This document shows, piece after piece, positions 1 to 14,306 of a stretch of 64,000 nucleotides of DNA. The notes below the pieces were generated by a model. That model saw only the letters and a program-made list of their open reading frames with translations, was not told where the DNA came from and searched no databases. Positions within the stretch are counted from its first letter, which is position 1. Every line of letters starts with the position of its first letter. The translations under genes and the position numbers were made by a program. Source of the DNA: Eledone cirrhosa (Eukaryota); the NCBI GenBank assembly GCA_964016885.1, contig OZ024741.1, positions 359,476,001 to 359,540,000 of the forward strand. The letters run 5' to 3'.

Positions 1-3000
1 GATGACACATCATGTGATGACACCCATGTGATGACACACCATGTGATGACACATCATCTGATGACACGCCATGTGATGACATACCATCTGATGACACACC
101 ATCTGATGACAAACCATCTGATGAAACCCATCTGATGACACACCATGTGATGACACACCATCTGATGACACACCATGTGATGACACACCATGTGATGACA
201 TACCATCTGATGACACACAATATGATGACACACCATCTGATGACAAACCATCTGATGAAACCCATCTGATGACACACCATGTGATGACACACCATGTGAT
301 GACACACCATCTGATGACAAACCATCTGATGACACACCATGTGATGACACACCATGTGATGACACACCATGTGATGACATACCATCTGATGACACACCAT
401 CTGATGACACACCATCTGATGACAAACCATGTGATGACACACCATCTGATGACAAACCATCTGATGAAACCCATCTGATGACACACCATGTGATGACACA
501 CCATGTGATGACACACCATCTGATGACACATCATCTGATGACACACCATGTGATGACACACCATCTGATGACACACCATCTGATGACACACCATGTGATG
601 ACACACCATCTGATGACAAACCATCTGATGAAACCCATCTGATGAAACCCATCTGATGACACACCATGTGATGACACACCATGTGATGACACACCATCTG
701 ATGACACATCATCTGATGACACACCATGTGATGACATACCATGTGATGACACACCATCTGATGACAAACCATCTGATGAAACCCATCTGATGACACGCCA
801 TCTGATGACACACCATGTGATGACACACCATCTGATGACAAACCATCTGATGAAACCCATCTGATGACACACCATCTGATGACACACCATGTGATGACAC
901 ACCATCTGATGACAAACCATCTGATGAAACTTATCTGATGACACACCATGTGATGACACCCATGTGATGACACACCATGTGATGACACATCATCTGATGA
1001 CACACAATATGATGACACACCATGATCTGATGACACACCATGTGATGACACACCATGTGATGACACATCATCTGATGACACATCATCTGATGACACACAC
1101 CATGTGATGATACACCATGTGATGACACACCATCTGATGACACACACCATGTGATGACACAACATGTTATGACACACCATGTGATGACACACACCATGTG
1201 ATGACACACAATATGATGACGCACCATGATCTGATGACACACCATGTGATAACACACCATCATCTGATGACACACCATGTGATGACGCACCATCTGATGA
1301 CACACCATCTGATGACACACCATGTGATGACACCATCTGATGACACACCATGTGATGACACACCATCATCTGATGACACACCATCATCTGATGACACACC
1401 ATGTGATGACACACCATCTAATGACACACCATGTGATGACACACCATGTGATGACATACCATGTGCTGACACATCATCTGATGACACACCATGTGATGAC
1501 ACACCATCTGATGACACACCATCTGATGACACACCATGTGATGACACCATTATTTGATGACACACCATGTGATGACACACCATCTGATGACACACCATCT
1601 GATGACACCATGTGATGACACACCATCTTATAACACACCATCATCTGATGACACACCATGTGATGACACACCATCTGATGATACACCATGTGATGACACA
1701 CCATCTGATGACACCATGTGATGACACACCATGTGATGACACACCATCTGATAACACACCATCATCTGATGACACACCATGTGATGACACACCATGAGAT
1801 GACACACCATGTGATGACACCCATGTGATGACACACCAGGTGATGACATACCATGTGATGACACACCATCTGATGACACCATGTGATGACACACCATCTT
1901 ATAACACACCATCATCTGATGACACACCATGTGATGACACACCATCTGATGATACACCATGTGATGACACACCAATCTGATGATGCACCATCTTTTGAGA
2001 CACCATGTGATGACACCCATGTGATGACATACCATGTGCTGACACATCATCTGATGACACACCATGTGATGACACACCATCTGATGACACCATGTGATGA
2101 CACACCATGTGATGACACACCATCTGATGACACACCATGTGATGACACACCATCTGATGACACACCATCTGATGACATACCATGTGATGACACCCATCTG
2201 ATGACACACCATCTGATGACACACCATGTGATGACACACCATGTGATGACATACCATCTGATGACACACCATGTGATGACACACCATGTGATGACACCCA
2301 TCTGATGACACACCATCTGATGACACACCATGTGATGACACACCATGTGATGACATACCATGTGATGACACACCATGTGATGACACACCATCTGATGACA
2401 CACCATGTGATGACACACCATGTGATGACACATCATCTGATGACACACCATGTGATGACACATCATCTGATGACACACCATGTGATGACACACCATGTGA
2501 TGACACACCATGTGATGACACACCATGTGATGACACCCATGTGATGACACACCATGTGATGACACACCATCTGATGACACATCATCATCTGATGACACAC
2601 CATCTGATGACACATCATCATCTGATGACACACCATCTGATGAAACCCATGTGAGGACACACCATGTGATGACACCCATGTGATGACACACCATGTGATG
2701 ACTCACCATGTGATGACACACCATGTGATGACACCCATGTGATGACGCACCATCTGATGACACACCATGTGATGACACACCATCTGATGACAAACCATCT
2801 GATGGCACACCATGTGATGACACACCATGTGATGACACACCATGTGATGACACACACCATGTGATGACACCCATGTGATGACACACCATCTGATGACAAA
2901 CCATCTGATGAAACCCATCTGATGACACACCATGTGATGACACACCATGTGATGACACACCATGTGATGACACACCATCTGATGACACACCATGTGATGA

Positions 3001-4655
3001 CACACCATCTGATGACAAACCATCTGATGAAACCCATCTGATGACACACCATGTGATGACAGACCATCTGATGACAAACCATCTGATGAAACCCATCTGA
3101 TGACACACCATCTGATGACACACCATGTGATGACACACCATGTGATGACACCCATGTGATGACACACCATGTGATGACACATCATCTGATGACACACAAT
3201 ATGATGACACACCATGATCTGATGACACACCATGTGATGACACACCATGTGATGACACATCATCTGATGACACATCATTTGATGACACATCATCTGATGA
3301 CACACACCATGTGATGATACACCATGTGATGACACACCATCTGATGACACACACCATGTGATGACACACCATGTGATGACACATCATCTGATGACACACA
3401 ATATGATGACACACCATGATCTGATGACACACCATGTGATGACACACCATCATCTGATGACACACCATGTGATGACGCACCATCTGATGACACACCATCT
3501 GATGACACACCATGTGATGACACCATCTGATGACACACCATGTGATGACACACCATCATCTGATGACACACCATCATCTGATGACACACCATGTGATGAC
3601 ACACCATCTAATGACACACCATCTTTTGACACACCATGTGATGACACACCATGTGATGACATACCATGTGCTGACACATCATCTGATGACACACCATGTG
3701 ATGACACACCATCTGTTGACACACCATGTGATGACACACCATCTGATGACACACCATGTGCTGACACCATTATCTGATGACACACCATGTGATGACACAC
3801 CATCTGATGACACACCATCTGATGACACCATGTGATGACACACCATCTTATAACACACCATCATCTGATGACATACCATGTGCTGACACATCAGCTGATG
3901 ACACACCATGTGATGACACACCATGAGATGACACACCATGTGATGACACCCATGTGATGACACACCATGTGATGACATACCATGTGATGACACACCATCT
4001 GATGACACCATGTGATGACACACCATCTGATGACACACCATGTGATGACACCCATGTGATGACACACCATGTGATGACATACCATCTGATGACACACCAT
4101 GTGATGACACACCATCTGATGACACCATGTGATGACACACCATGTGATGACACACCATCTGATGACACACCATCTGATAACACACCATCATCTGATGACA
4201 CACCATGTGATGACACACCATGAGATGACACACCATGTGATGACACCCATGTGATGACACACCAGGTGATGACATACCATGTGATGACACACCATCTGAT
4301 GACACCATGTGATGACACACCATCTGATGACACACCATCTGATGACACACCATGTGATGACATACCATCTGATGACACACCATCTGATGACACACCATGT
4401 GATGACACACCATGTGATGACATACCATCTGATGACACACCATGTGATGACACACCATGTGATGACACCCATCTGATGACACACCATCTGATGACACACC
4501 ATGTGATAACACACCATCATCTGATGACACACCATGTGATGACACACCATCTGATGATGCACCATCTTTTGAGACACCATATGATGAGACACCATGTGAT
4601 GACACACCATGTGATGAGACACCATGTGATGACACACCATGTGATGACACACCAT
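1..4655. repeat. 15-bp minisatellite, consensus GATGACACACCAT(G/C)T, with 13-18 bp variant units and higher-order block repeats; runs off the left edge
   Basis: Continuous tandem units from base 1 to ~4655. All ORFs called here are periodic (MVCHH/THHVM/DDTPC). A variant block near 930-1650 recurs near 3120-3870. Confidence 0.97.
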
Positions 4656-6030
4656 CGACTTTTAGATAAAGAACATTCTAATTTCACAGAGAAAAACCTA
4701 CTTAACGAAATTCACACAAATAATATTGATACGTGCATGAAGCGTTTGAGATGGTATACATTCTTCTATGATAGATGTCACAGTACACAGAAACTTGACC
4801 AAAGGGATAACCCTCAGCCGAACCCTCTCCTCTCACGGACCTATTCAGCCTGGTCAAAAGAGTAAAGTTCAAGCACTGTAGCAACCAATTCCAACAACCA
4901 CTCCGCAATAAGATACGTGAGTATCTTGAGTACTAAAACACTAATTTCTATTATGTCAACCCAGGTAGTTACAAGTTCCTGATTGAGAACAGTTTGACCT
5001 CCACCTACAGAAGGTCAAATCCTTGTATGATCCTGGAGATAAATGCAGAGCGAGATAAATCACCTCCAACCCTTACACTGTAGATCGAACTGAACCTCTT
5101 GACCCAAGAGTTTCTTATTTCATCATCAAGGAACATAAACCAGACATCGATCGCAAATCTATCATCTTGTTTATAAACCCGACAAAGTTCTTAACACAGA
5201 ACTAGCACTTACGCACAAACAAGCACTACTCCACACAAACTTCATCAGCAGACCACACTACCACCCATAAATACACACAGAACTAGCTCTTATTGAAGCA
5301 CTTGAGCCAACAGTGTCACACCAAAACACACATACCACCATTAAACAAAGTTAATAGCACATGAAACCAGCATATAAGCAGCTCATCTTGCATCTACTCA
5401 AGCTACACATCAAACACTTGAGCCACATACACTTACTCCCAAAGAGTACCACAACATTTTTTTATAATAGCAACATTAAAATGACAACGCCCACACTAAC
5501 ACTCCACTACAGAAATATCAATACCTAATTGCACGCAGACAGCCCCTGTGACCCCCCCCCCCCTTTGGAACACATATACGTACCCAAGAAAAACATAGGC
5601 CCATTACCTTGCATAATAAATAGTAATCACCCACCCCCACCTATTCCACTATAAATATATGATATATAATCACTACCACAAACTCAGTAGAAACGTGGAT
5701 TTCACACACACTACCTAATATATTTTCTCAATAAATATAATTCCATCCTCTCTCTCTGATTAATCTATTTCAAATTGACCAGGCAGATACACGTGGATGC
5801 GCACATGAATGCACACATACACTAAATCAGATATCTACACACACATAACCACTCTCTAACCATAAAAAACCCACTTATGTGAAGAGAATTTACAATTGGA
5901 TAAAACATGTATGCCCTTATTTAGACAAACCACATCTGATGATAAAGCCAGTTTACTGGCAAGGCCTTTGACAATCAGTCTGAAACTAGCTGTTGAAACG
6001 GCAAGAGCTCAGCTGTTGGGGTCCTAACAC
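4656..6030 (+). mobile_element. Highly decayed Penelope-like element remnant ending in a degenerate hammerhead-like motif
   Basis: 5113-5187 translates SYFIIKEHKPDIDRKSIILFINPTK, resembling the K-D/E-H-K...R-L-I-N-P motif of Penelope RTs. CTGATGA at 5936 with downstream GAAAC, then (TA)n. Confidence 0.4.
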
Positions 6031-6031
6031 T

Positions 6032-6105
<74 letters not shown>

Positions 6106-6145
6106 ATATACATATATAAGCAAATGTTAAAATTACAATGATAAA

Positions 6146-6175
<30 letters not shown>
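6032..6175. repeat. (TA)n and (GAT)n microsatellites
   Basis: Direct inspection. Confidence 0.9.
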
Positions 6176-6176
<1 letters not shown>

Positions 6177-6931
6177 TGTGTATGTGTATACAGCTGTGTG
6201 TTTCTTTTTATTTGTGTCCCACCCTCATCCTCATATAAAAACATGTCTACCACCCCTGTGGGATTGATATAATTGATTAAAATCCCAATGAAGCTGCTGC
6301 TTTAGCATGGATATAGTGTAATGACTGCAATCAATAAAAGAATACAATAATTATCGACCATTTTATCAGCCAATTATGTCAACTGTCCTCTTGAATATGA
6401 ATCATCTGGCAATGTGAGTCATTGACTATCTTGAAAACATTGAGTTAACTCACATTTACTTGTAATGACTGAGCAGAAGATATCTAAAAATGGGTTTGTC
6501 AATGCAAAAGCCTATAGATCCATAGAAGGATCATCAACATTGTTGGTCCTGACCTATCATGTCAGCTTCAATCACTATCACACTGTTGAAATGTTGCCTC
6601 TTTTTGCTTTTTTTATAAATATTTTCCTTTCTTACCCCATCTTTATGAGTTTAAATGGAGCACCAGATTAGCAGTTAGGTCTCATCCATTTGTAGTTGAA
6701 GTTCCTAAATGTAATTGCAAATTCTATGCTGATAGTTTCTTCCATCACACATCTCATTTATAGAATTTTCTTCCAGCTTCTTACTTTCCTGACCACTACA
6801 ATTTGCAAAAATTCAAAAGCAGCATCAATTACTATCTTTTCTCTCCTTGAATTATGTTCTCTTTGTCTTGTCCTTCTCCCTTCTCAATAACCCCTTGATT
6901 GGGATGAGCAAAAACAAAATCTTTACTAGTG

Positions 6932-7180
6932 GACAGAACATTGTGAAAATTTACAGTATTAGAGAGTCAAGAACTGCTTTTTTAATGTGATACTGTAATA
7001 GTGTTGTTTTTGTACTTTTAAGAATGTCTTGCTAATGTGGGTTGTTAATTTGAATGTTTATAGTGTCTTTACCAGTTGACAGATCATTGTGAAAATTTGT
7101 TAGAGTAAAGACCTGAATTTTTAATGTGATATAGTCATAGTACTACTGTTTCATACTTTTCAAGATTATCTTGCTAATGT
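6932..7180. repeat. Old diverged direct duplication, two copies with a period of ~146 bp
   Basis: GACAGA.CATTGTGAAAATTT...TTTAATGTGATA...TCTTGCTAATGT occurs at ~6932 and ~7078. Confidence 0.7.
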
Positions 7181-7439
7181 AATTTCATGTGCTACAGGAT
7201 CTTACATAAATGTTAAGTGGTGATTTAGGACAGTACAGGATATATTTAGGATGGAACCCTTATGATCACACTGACATATACTGTTAATGCCTTGTATCTA
7301 AGGAAGATGATACATCCACCTACTGGTTTGGTTATGTTTAATATACGGTAAACTCTTGTTCTTATCTTGTGATGCTAAACTCCGTCAGTTGCAGACTGCA
7401 CATCAACATGAGATATTTTTCTTCACAAAATTCAATCAC

Positions 7440-8010
7440 CAGCAGCAGAGTTTAAAGTGCAAAGATCAAATCCAAGCCATCATTTTGGCTGCTGGCCAAC
7501 CTTCCTTCCAGGCATAACCTACTCACACCACGAGTTGATCTTTTTATATGACCTTTTAGTTTGAGTACTCTTGACTTGATAATTAATGTAATTGGTCTAA
7601 GTTTGGTAATGTTGAGCAGCTCACTGATACAGATACGGTCACTGAGCCGCTTGCCAGTCATAAGTCTATGATATGGTTCTGGAATGTAGAGAGCTTCTGA
7701 AGTGACCTTATCATCCAATTAACACAGTCAAGACCATATAACACAACTGGTAAGATGCAAGTATCAAAGATAGGAAATTCGTTTTGATGTTAGTAGTTCC
7801 TTGTTCTTGTTGAATGCGATACTGCGCAGCAACCATTCCATTGTTGTTTGATGATAGTTTGTGACCGAGATATACAAACTCCGTAACTTGAACAATTTGC
7901 TGGTTGTAGATTGTGAGTTAGAGATTGGCATTGTTTTTATCAGTTGTCATACACTTTGTTTTGGAGATGTTGATGTGTAAGCCAGCCTCCAGCGAATGTT
8001 TATTACACAC
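7440..8010 (-). mobile_element. Decayed RTE-clade LINE fragment
   Basis: Minus-strand peptides LEAGLHINISKTKCM and SRVLKLKGHIKR...LEG resemble RTE RT domain 6 and the C-terminal R-L-x-W-x-G-H region. Confidence 0.5.
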
Positions 8011-8884
8011 TAGCAAACACACACTGCTTGTAATCACAGAAGGTGAGATGAGATTATCGTTGTTGTTGTTGTTATCATGGTTGTTGTGTAGCCCCAGATT
8101 AATCTGGCCAAAATGAGCTGTTGTTACTGCTGATGGTGTTGTTACTGCTGATGGTGTTGTTACTGTGGTTGTTGTTTCTGATGTTGTTGTTATTGTTCTT
8201 GTTGTAATCACTACTGTCACTGTTTGTTTTGTTGCTATTATTAATGTTATTATTATTCTAATCAAATTGTTAGTGTTGTTGCAATCAACGTTATAATCAA
8301 TGTTGATGTTGTTGCTATGGTACAACTGACTTATTATGTTCTACTCAAACAGTACTGAGAAAAATGAAAAAAATTGACACAGACCATTCTCGGCTGTCAA
8401 TCAATCTCTCTCTCTCTCTCTCTCACTCTTTCTCTCACTCTCTCCCTCCCTCTCTGGAAGAAATCAGATGTGTTAAGTCCTATATATATAAACATGACGT
8501 GATTAGAAAGCGTCAGTGGAATTTGAAAACTGAATTGAATAAATAACTTCAAATTTTTTTACCACAGAAAATAGTTCAATAATAACAGACATAGAAGCCC
8601 CTACAATAGAAAAAATAGACATTAGCATGTGCTAATGTCTATTTTTTCCTTTGTTATCATTCGACTATTTTCTATAGAAAAAAAAAGCAAAGTTACTAAT
8701 CCAATTCCAATTTCATATATATATATAAAATTATAAGTTTGAAGAACAGTCAGACAAAATATATCCAATTTTTCTCCTCCTTAGTCCGTAGAAATTAACT
8801 AGACAAATAATCAATTAAACGGAGCTAAATGTAAAATGTAAGTTTGAAGAAAAAATGAATATAAACTTTACCAAAATTCTTCTA

Positions 8885-8970
8885 GTCCCGACTATTGATA
8901 GTTTCGCTCGTACTTTGTGGAAATATCCAATCCTGGTATTATACATGAGTCTTCGAGCTTTTCAAGAGAC
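8885..8970 (-). ncRNA. Decayed type I hammerhead ribozyme with long helix II
   Basis: Minus strand: GTCTC-TTGAAAA (decayed CUGANGA)-GCTCG...CGAGC-GAAAC-TATCAATA-GTC-GGGAC. Helices I, II and III all pair, but the core has two substitutions. Confidence 0.55.
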
Positions 8971-9302
8971 ACCCTCAGTTAGGGCTAAAATTTCTAAAGT
9001 GATCGCCACTAGAAATTAATTCAAAAGGGGTGAAAAACATCACATGACCAGCAATGAAAGTAGAAGGGTGTGAAGGGTAGGCCGGATGGTAGGTAGGTTC
9101 ATTGCTAGAAGGAGCAGTTAGTTACCACCTAAGGTTTACTCAATGGAAAGGGAGTATAGAATAAATTCATAAGGATATATATGTATACTCACAGATACAT
9201 ATATATATATAAGTAGCAGAGGTGTAATTGAGGAGCTGATTGGCAGTGAAACATGTAATATGTACTGATTCTTTGTTCCCATTTATTATTATTATTATTA
9301 TT

Positions 9303-12300
9303 CAACATATAAAACAGCACACAGACATCACAGAAAAAAACTACTACACGTCACCAACACCAAGAACTCTCCCGACAAACAAGCATCATTGAAATCAAAA
9401 TAGAACAGTACAAACTTTTAAAACAAAAATTCCCCAACGCAGTTGAAGACTTCAGAGGGTCGGTTACCAAGAGGATATACACTGACATCCTCTTGGAAAA
9501 CACCCATGACCAGCCAAAGGGACGGTTCTACTGTCCCTTCACCACACGATCAAGGTACGTGACCCTTTCTCATTTGCCCCGTTTCTCATCCAGCATGGCC
9601 ATACTTAGAATAGGCAGTATAAATGTACGTGGCCTGGGGTCATCTTGGAAGCAGGGTCACCTGCTCAACGACCTCAGGTCACTAAACATAGATGTGGTGG
9701 CCATCAGTGAGACCAGAATCTCCAAAGCACGAGTCTTCACACCGATCTTCGGCGACTACGATGTTTACGCATCTCCCAGCCATCCAGGATCGGGAGGAGG
9801 AGTGGCAGTGCTTTTTCGGAGAGGCCTGGATCTCGCCATACGGGCCATCTTCCTGGACCCAGAAAGTAAGTCGGTGGTGCTGGATGTGACCGGCAGCGAA
9901 AGCAATGCTTTCAGGCTAGTAGCCGTCTACGCCCCAACAGGGGCAGGATGGCCAGATTTCTTCAGACGTCTAGAGACCTTTCTTGGAACGTGCTGCTCTT
10001 TAGTATTAGTGGGCGACTGGAACGGTATCTTAGATGCACGCTGGGATCGTGTGGGCTAGTAGACAGGACAGGAGTATATAAAAGCCTCAATAACCTGCTC
10101 AGACGTTTTGAACTGTCTGACAGGTATAGACTGGATTATCCGAGTGTGCCAATGTAGACATGGGCAAACCGCATCGGGTCATCCAGATTGTATTTAGATA
10201 GGGTATTCTCTAGGGAAACAGATAAAGCTAGTGTAGGTTGTCCATAATTTAAAGTAGTTGACTACATGAACCACAAATTTGTGATCTGTGAAGTTGACTT
10301 AGATAGACTCCATAGGCAAGGGCCCGGCTATTGGAAGCTGAACGCATTGTTCCCGGCGCGCAAAGCTTACAGAGACCGGATTAGCGAATTAGTTAAGCAT
10401 GTGTTGACGGGTGCGATTGTCAACAACAGGTGGTGGTTTACCCTGAAAAGGGCTATTAGAGTAGAATCGATAAGGTTTATCAAAGGAGTAGTGATAGAGG
10501 AAAATAGAGTAGAGGGAGAGTTAGTTAGAAAGCTAGAAGAGGCGTTTAGGACAGGCATCGCAACCGACGTGCTTGCAGCGAGATTGGCACTCGACCAATT
10601 CTTCAACACAAAGCATGAAGGCTGCGTTGTCAGAGCTAGAACGTGTACTCTAAGACACGAGGGGACAAAAGCCGTTCAATGGGCCCGGGTGGTGGAGGCA
10701 CGATGTGGCAACAAGTCCACAATTCGGTCTTTGCCTGATCAAAACGGGCGCATGTTGCTCGAACCAGAGCAGATGTGTGCGGCTTTTCAACAGCACTTTG
10801 CCCGATTGTTCGGGAGCGGCGGGCCAGATCGGAGTATGGACTTCGGTGCATACCTCGACAGACTGCCGCGGCTCTCGACGACCGCAGCGTAGTGCTGTGA
10901 AAAGCCAATAACAGCCAATGAAATACGGGAAGCGATGTCTGACTGCACGAGGGGTAAATCGCCAGGTTTGGTTGGTCTACCCGACGAGCTTTATGCGTAT
11001 ATGCCAGACTTGTTCGGCGACCTCTTGGCAGATGTCTACTGCAACTGGCAGCAAAACGGGAGCATTCCCAGTTTTGTGAACCAGGGAGCGGTGGCGCTGC
11101 TGATAAAAGACCTGAACAAGGGGGACGTTATAGACAACTTCAGGCCCATAACTCTGCTAAACGCAGAGTTTAAGATTTTGGCCGAGGTGTTAGCAAAGAG
11201 ATTGGCGCTTGTCGTCGGTGATCTGGTGGGAGAGGCACAGACATATGCCATTCCGGACAGATCAATCCACGACAACCTCCATCTCATGCGAAACATCATA
11301 GGGAGGGTGGTTAAGGAACCTGGCACGGGTGGGGCACTGATCAACTTGGATCAATCTAAATCATTTGATAGGGTCGACCATCGGTACTTGGCTGCAGTCC
11401 TCGAGGCAGCCGGCTTTGGGCCCATTTTTAGGGGCTGGATCGCTGCGACATCTGCTCGATTGTGAGGGTGAATGGTCACCTGTCGCAGCCTTTCACCATC
11501 ATGCGCTCGGTGCGCCAGGGTTTCCCCCTCTCGTCCCTCTTGTACGTACTGGCCCTTGTGCCGTTACTTCACAAATTGGAGACGATGAGGGGTATCCCAC
11601 GGAAACGATGTCACCGTGGTGGTGTTGAGCACCAAACACGTCCAGATGCTCGGCACCGCTCTCAAGGAATATGAAGCGGTGACAGGAGCAAAGATAAACC
11701 AGGAAAAGTCAGTGGGCTTGCAACTTGGCACCTGGAGAAGCAAGTTCATGCCGTCCGACAGCGTCGTGGGGCGCTGGATGGAAGGATCGGTTAAATTGCT
11801 CGGGGTCTGGTTTGGTCCAGACCTCCAGATGGAAAAAAACTGGAGCGAGGTGACGAGCAGGGTGGCTTCTCTCACCCAGAAATGGGCTGAGAGGAGGCTG
11901 TCTCTGAAAGGTCAGGCAGGGGTGGCTAATGCGTACATAGCGTCCGTAATCTGCTACCGCCTGACCATCGTACCTTGCCCCCGCCCAACTCTGACCAAAA
12001 TGGAGCACCTTCTCTTCCGATTTTTGTGGAAGGGACGTGCTCCCATAGTCAGACGATCCATTTGCTGTCAAAACCCGTTGCATGGAGGACTAGGCATGCC
12101 GTGGCTGATGATGCGTAAACATGCGCTGAGGCTGCGACATCTCTGGTGCTTCCTTGACGGTGAACAGGTGTGGTCGCCGTTTTCCAGACTTGCTTTTCCC
12201 CAGCTCGTCTCCTTGACGGAGCTGCAGTCCTGGATCAGGAAAAGACTGAGGGAGAGCGCTTGGAAGCTGGAATGTCTCCAAGCGCTCAGTCCCTCTACCA

Positions 12301-13248
12301 GCTGGGCATTAGTATCGGTGGAACATCCACCTTGGCGTTCAATAGAGGGCTAGTGGAGGGAAAGAGCGACGACGTTCTCGGGGAGACCCTGGGCATCGAA
12401 GACGATCAGCTGTTCGCTCTCTTCAAGAGAACTTTCAGACCGGCGCCTATGGACAACTTCCAGAAATCTCTGGCCTGGCAGTGCTACTGGGGAGCGTTGC
12501 TGGTTCGGGATAGGCTCTACATGCACAGAGGTGCTGTCAGCCGAGCCTGTCCGAGATGCACGCAGGGCGACGAAACCGTCCTGCATGCACTCGTTCAGTG
12601 CCCGAAGATTGCTGACTTGTGGAGCTATGTCGAACAGCTGCTGTCGCATGTAGGACGTATCCGGTTATCGACTGAGTCCATTGTGCAGATAGCCCCACCA
12701 TCCTCCTTTAAAGAGGTGGAAGGGCAGGCAGTTTTCATCTGCCTGGTGGCCATGGTGAAAGAGATTGTGTAGTGGACAAGGTCGAAGGGTTGAAGACGGA
12801 CACATTCCTCTTCGGCCAATCTCTGATTAACTTTTTCAAGTTTCACTTGAAGAGGAACATCAGGGTGGAGAGTCAAATGCTGTCTTCTAGTAACTGTGTT
12901 GAAAGGTGGGTGAAAGTGGCGAGTCTGGTCCGAGTGAACGGGCCCGCTCTAAGTATGTGCCTGTAGACTGAGGAGTGGGAAAACTGAGAGAGGGCGCTTG
13001 CCCTGGTGGCCAGGGTGGCCGTGGTCTTTTGTGTGGTTTTTGCCATGAGTGACCCCCGGGAGTTTCCCCCATATTGGGGAATTTTTTTGTTGTTTGAATT
13101 TTTTTTTATATTTCTATCTTGTTATAACCTTTTATACACGGCCAAAACCCACTTTGTATCGTCCTGTACCGTTCTGTGCCGTCTGTAATGTTTTTCTTCA
13201 TGTTAGCCCTTGTGGCCAATAAAGAAACCATTATTATTATTATTATTA
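9303..13248 (+). mobile_element. L1/Tx1-type LINE copy A, 5'-truncated within the end of ORF1, flanked by (ATT)n on both sides
   Basis: Homologous to copy C from ~16170 onward. APE domain (GSINVRGL, SET, GDWN), RT, C-terminal Cys/His knuckle, and an AATAAAGAAA + (ATT)n end. Confidence 0.93.
9595..12966 (+). pseudogene. LINE ORF2 (APE endonuclease + RT), disrupted
   Basis: Several stops and frameshifts. A deletion near 11605 removes the codons up to and including YA of the YADD motif (compare copy C ~18520-18560). Confidence 0.9.
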
Positions 13249-13249
13249 T

Positions 13250-14093
13250 GATTTTCAGCCCAGAGCCTATGGATAACTTCCAAAAATCCCTGGCCTGGCA
13301 GTGCTACCGGGGAGCACTGCCGGTTCGAGATAAGCTCTACAGGCACGGAAGTGCCGTCAGCCGAGCCTGTTCGAGATGTGCGCAGAGCGACGAAACCATC
13401 GTGCATGCACTCGTTCAGTGCTCGAGCATTGCTGACTTGTGGAACTATGTCGAACAGTTGCTGTCACGTGTAGGACTGATCCGGTTATCGACTGAGTCCA
13501 TTGTGCAGATGGTCACGCCATCTTCCTTCGAGGAGGAAGGGCAGGCGGTTTTCACCTGCCTGGTGGCCATGGCGAAAGAGATTGTGTGGTGGACAAGGTT
13601 GAAAGGGTTAAAGACAGACACTTTCCTCTTCGGCGAATCCCTAATTAACTTTTTCAAGTTTCACTTGAAGAGGAAAATTAGGGTGGAGAGGCAAGTGCTG
13701 CCTTCTAGCAAGTTTGTTGAAAGGTGGGTGAATGTAGCGAGAATGGTCCGAGTGAACGGGACCGCTCTGAATATACGTCTGTAGTTTGAGAGATGGAAAA
13801 ATTGAGAGAGGGCGCTTGCCCTGGTGGGCAGGATGGCCGTGGTCTTTTGTGTTGTTTTCGCCACGAGTAACCCTCGGAGGTTTCCCCCTATTGGTGAATT
13901 TTTCATTGTTTCAATTTTCATTTTTTTTTGTTTATATATATATGTTTCTATGTCCTTTTTTTTTCTTTTCTTATATAAATAATAAAAATATTTACACGCA
14001 CAAAACTCACATCGTACCGTCCTGTGCCGTCTGTAATGTTTTTTCTTGATGTCAGCCCTTGTGGCCAATAAAGAAATCATTATTATTATTATT
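13250..14093 (+). mobile_element. L1/Tx1-type LINE copy B, short 3' fragment (ORF2 C-terminus, 3'UTR, (ATT)n tail)
   Basis: PMDNFQKSLAWQCYRGALPVRD...CSRC...H...C matches the ORF2 ends of copies A, C and D; same 3'UTR and tail. Confidence 0.92.
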
Positions 14094-14306
14094 GAATGCT
14101 ATGGTTGACGGAGGCTCGGCTCTGTAAGGTATTGTAAATTTTGACCGCTATAACAATTGTAAATTGTATAAAACTTTAACCAAATTGTAGACAAAAACAC
14201 CCTCCTCCTCGTGAGAGGGGTCTTTCTGCCCGTTATTTGGCGCTTCGGGGTTAAATAACCGCTTATTGGGGTTTTGTGCCCAATATTTATTTTAAACAAA
14301 AAAAAC

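Noticed and set aside
1-4655. CRISPR array, repeat-protein gene or box C/D snoRNA cluster
   Set aside because: There are no unique spacers. The ORFs are periodic, overlap in several frames and shift frame with unit length. TGATGA and CTGA are simply part of the monomer.
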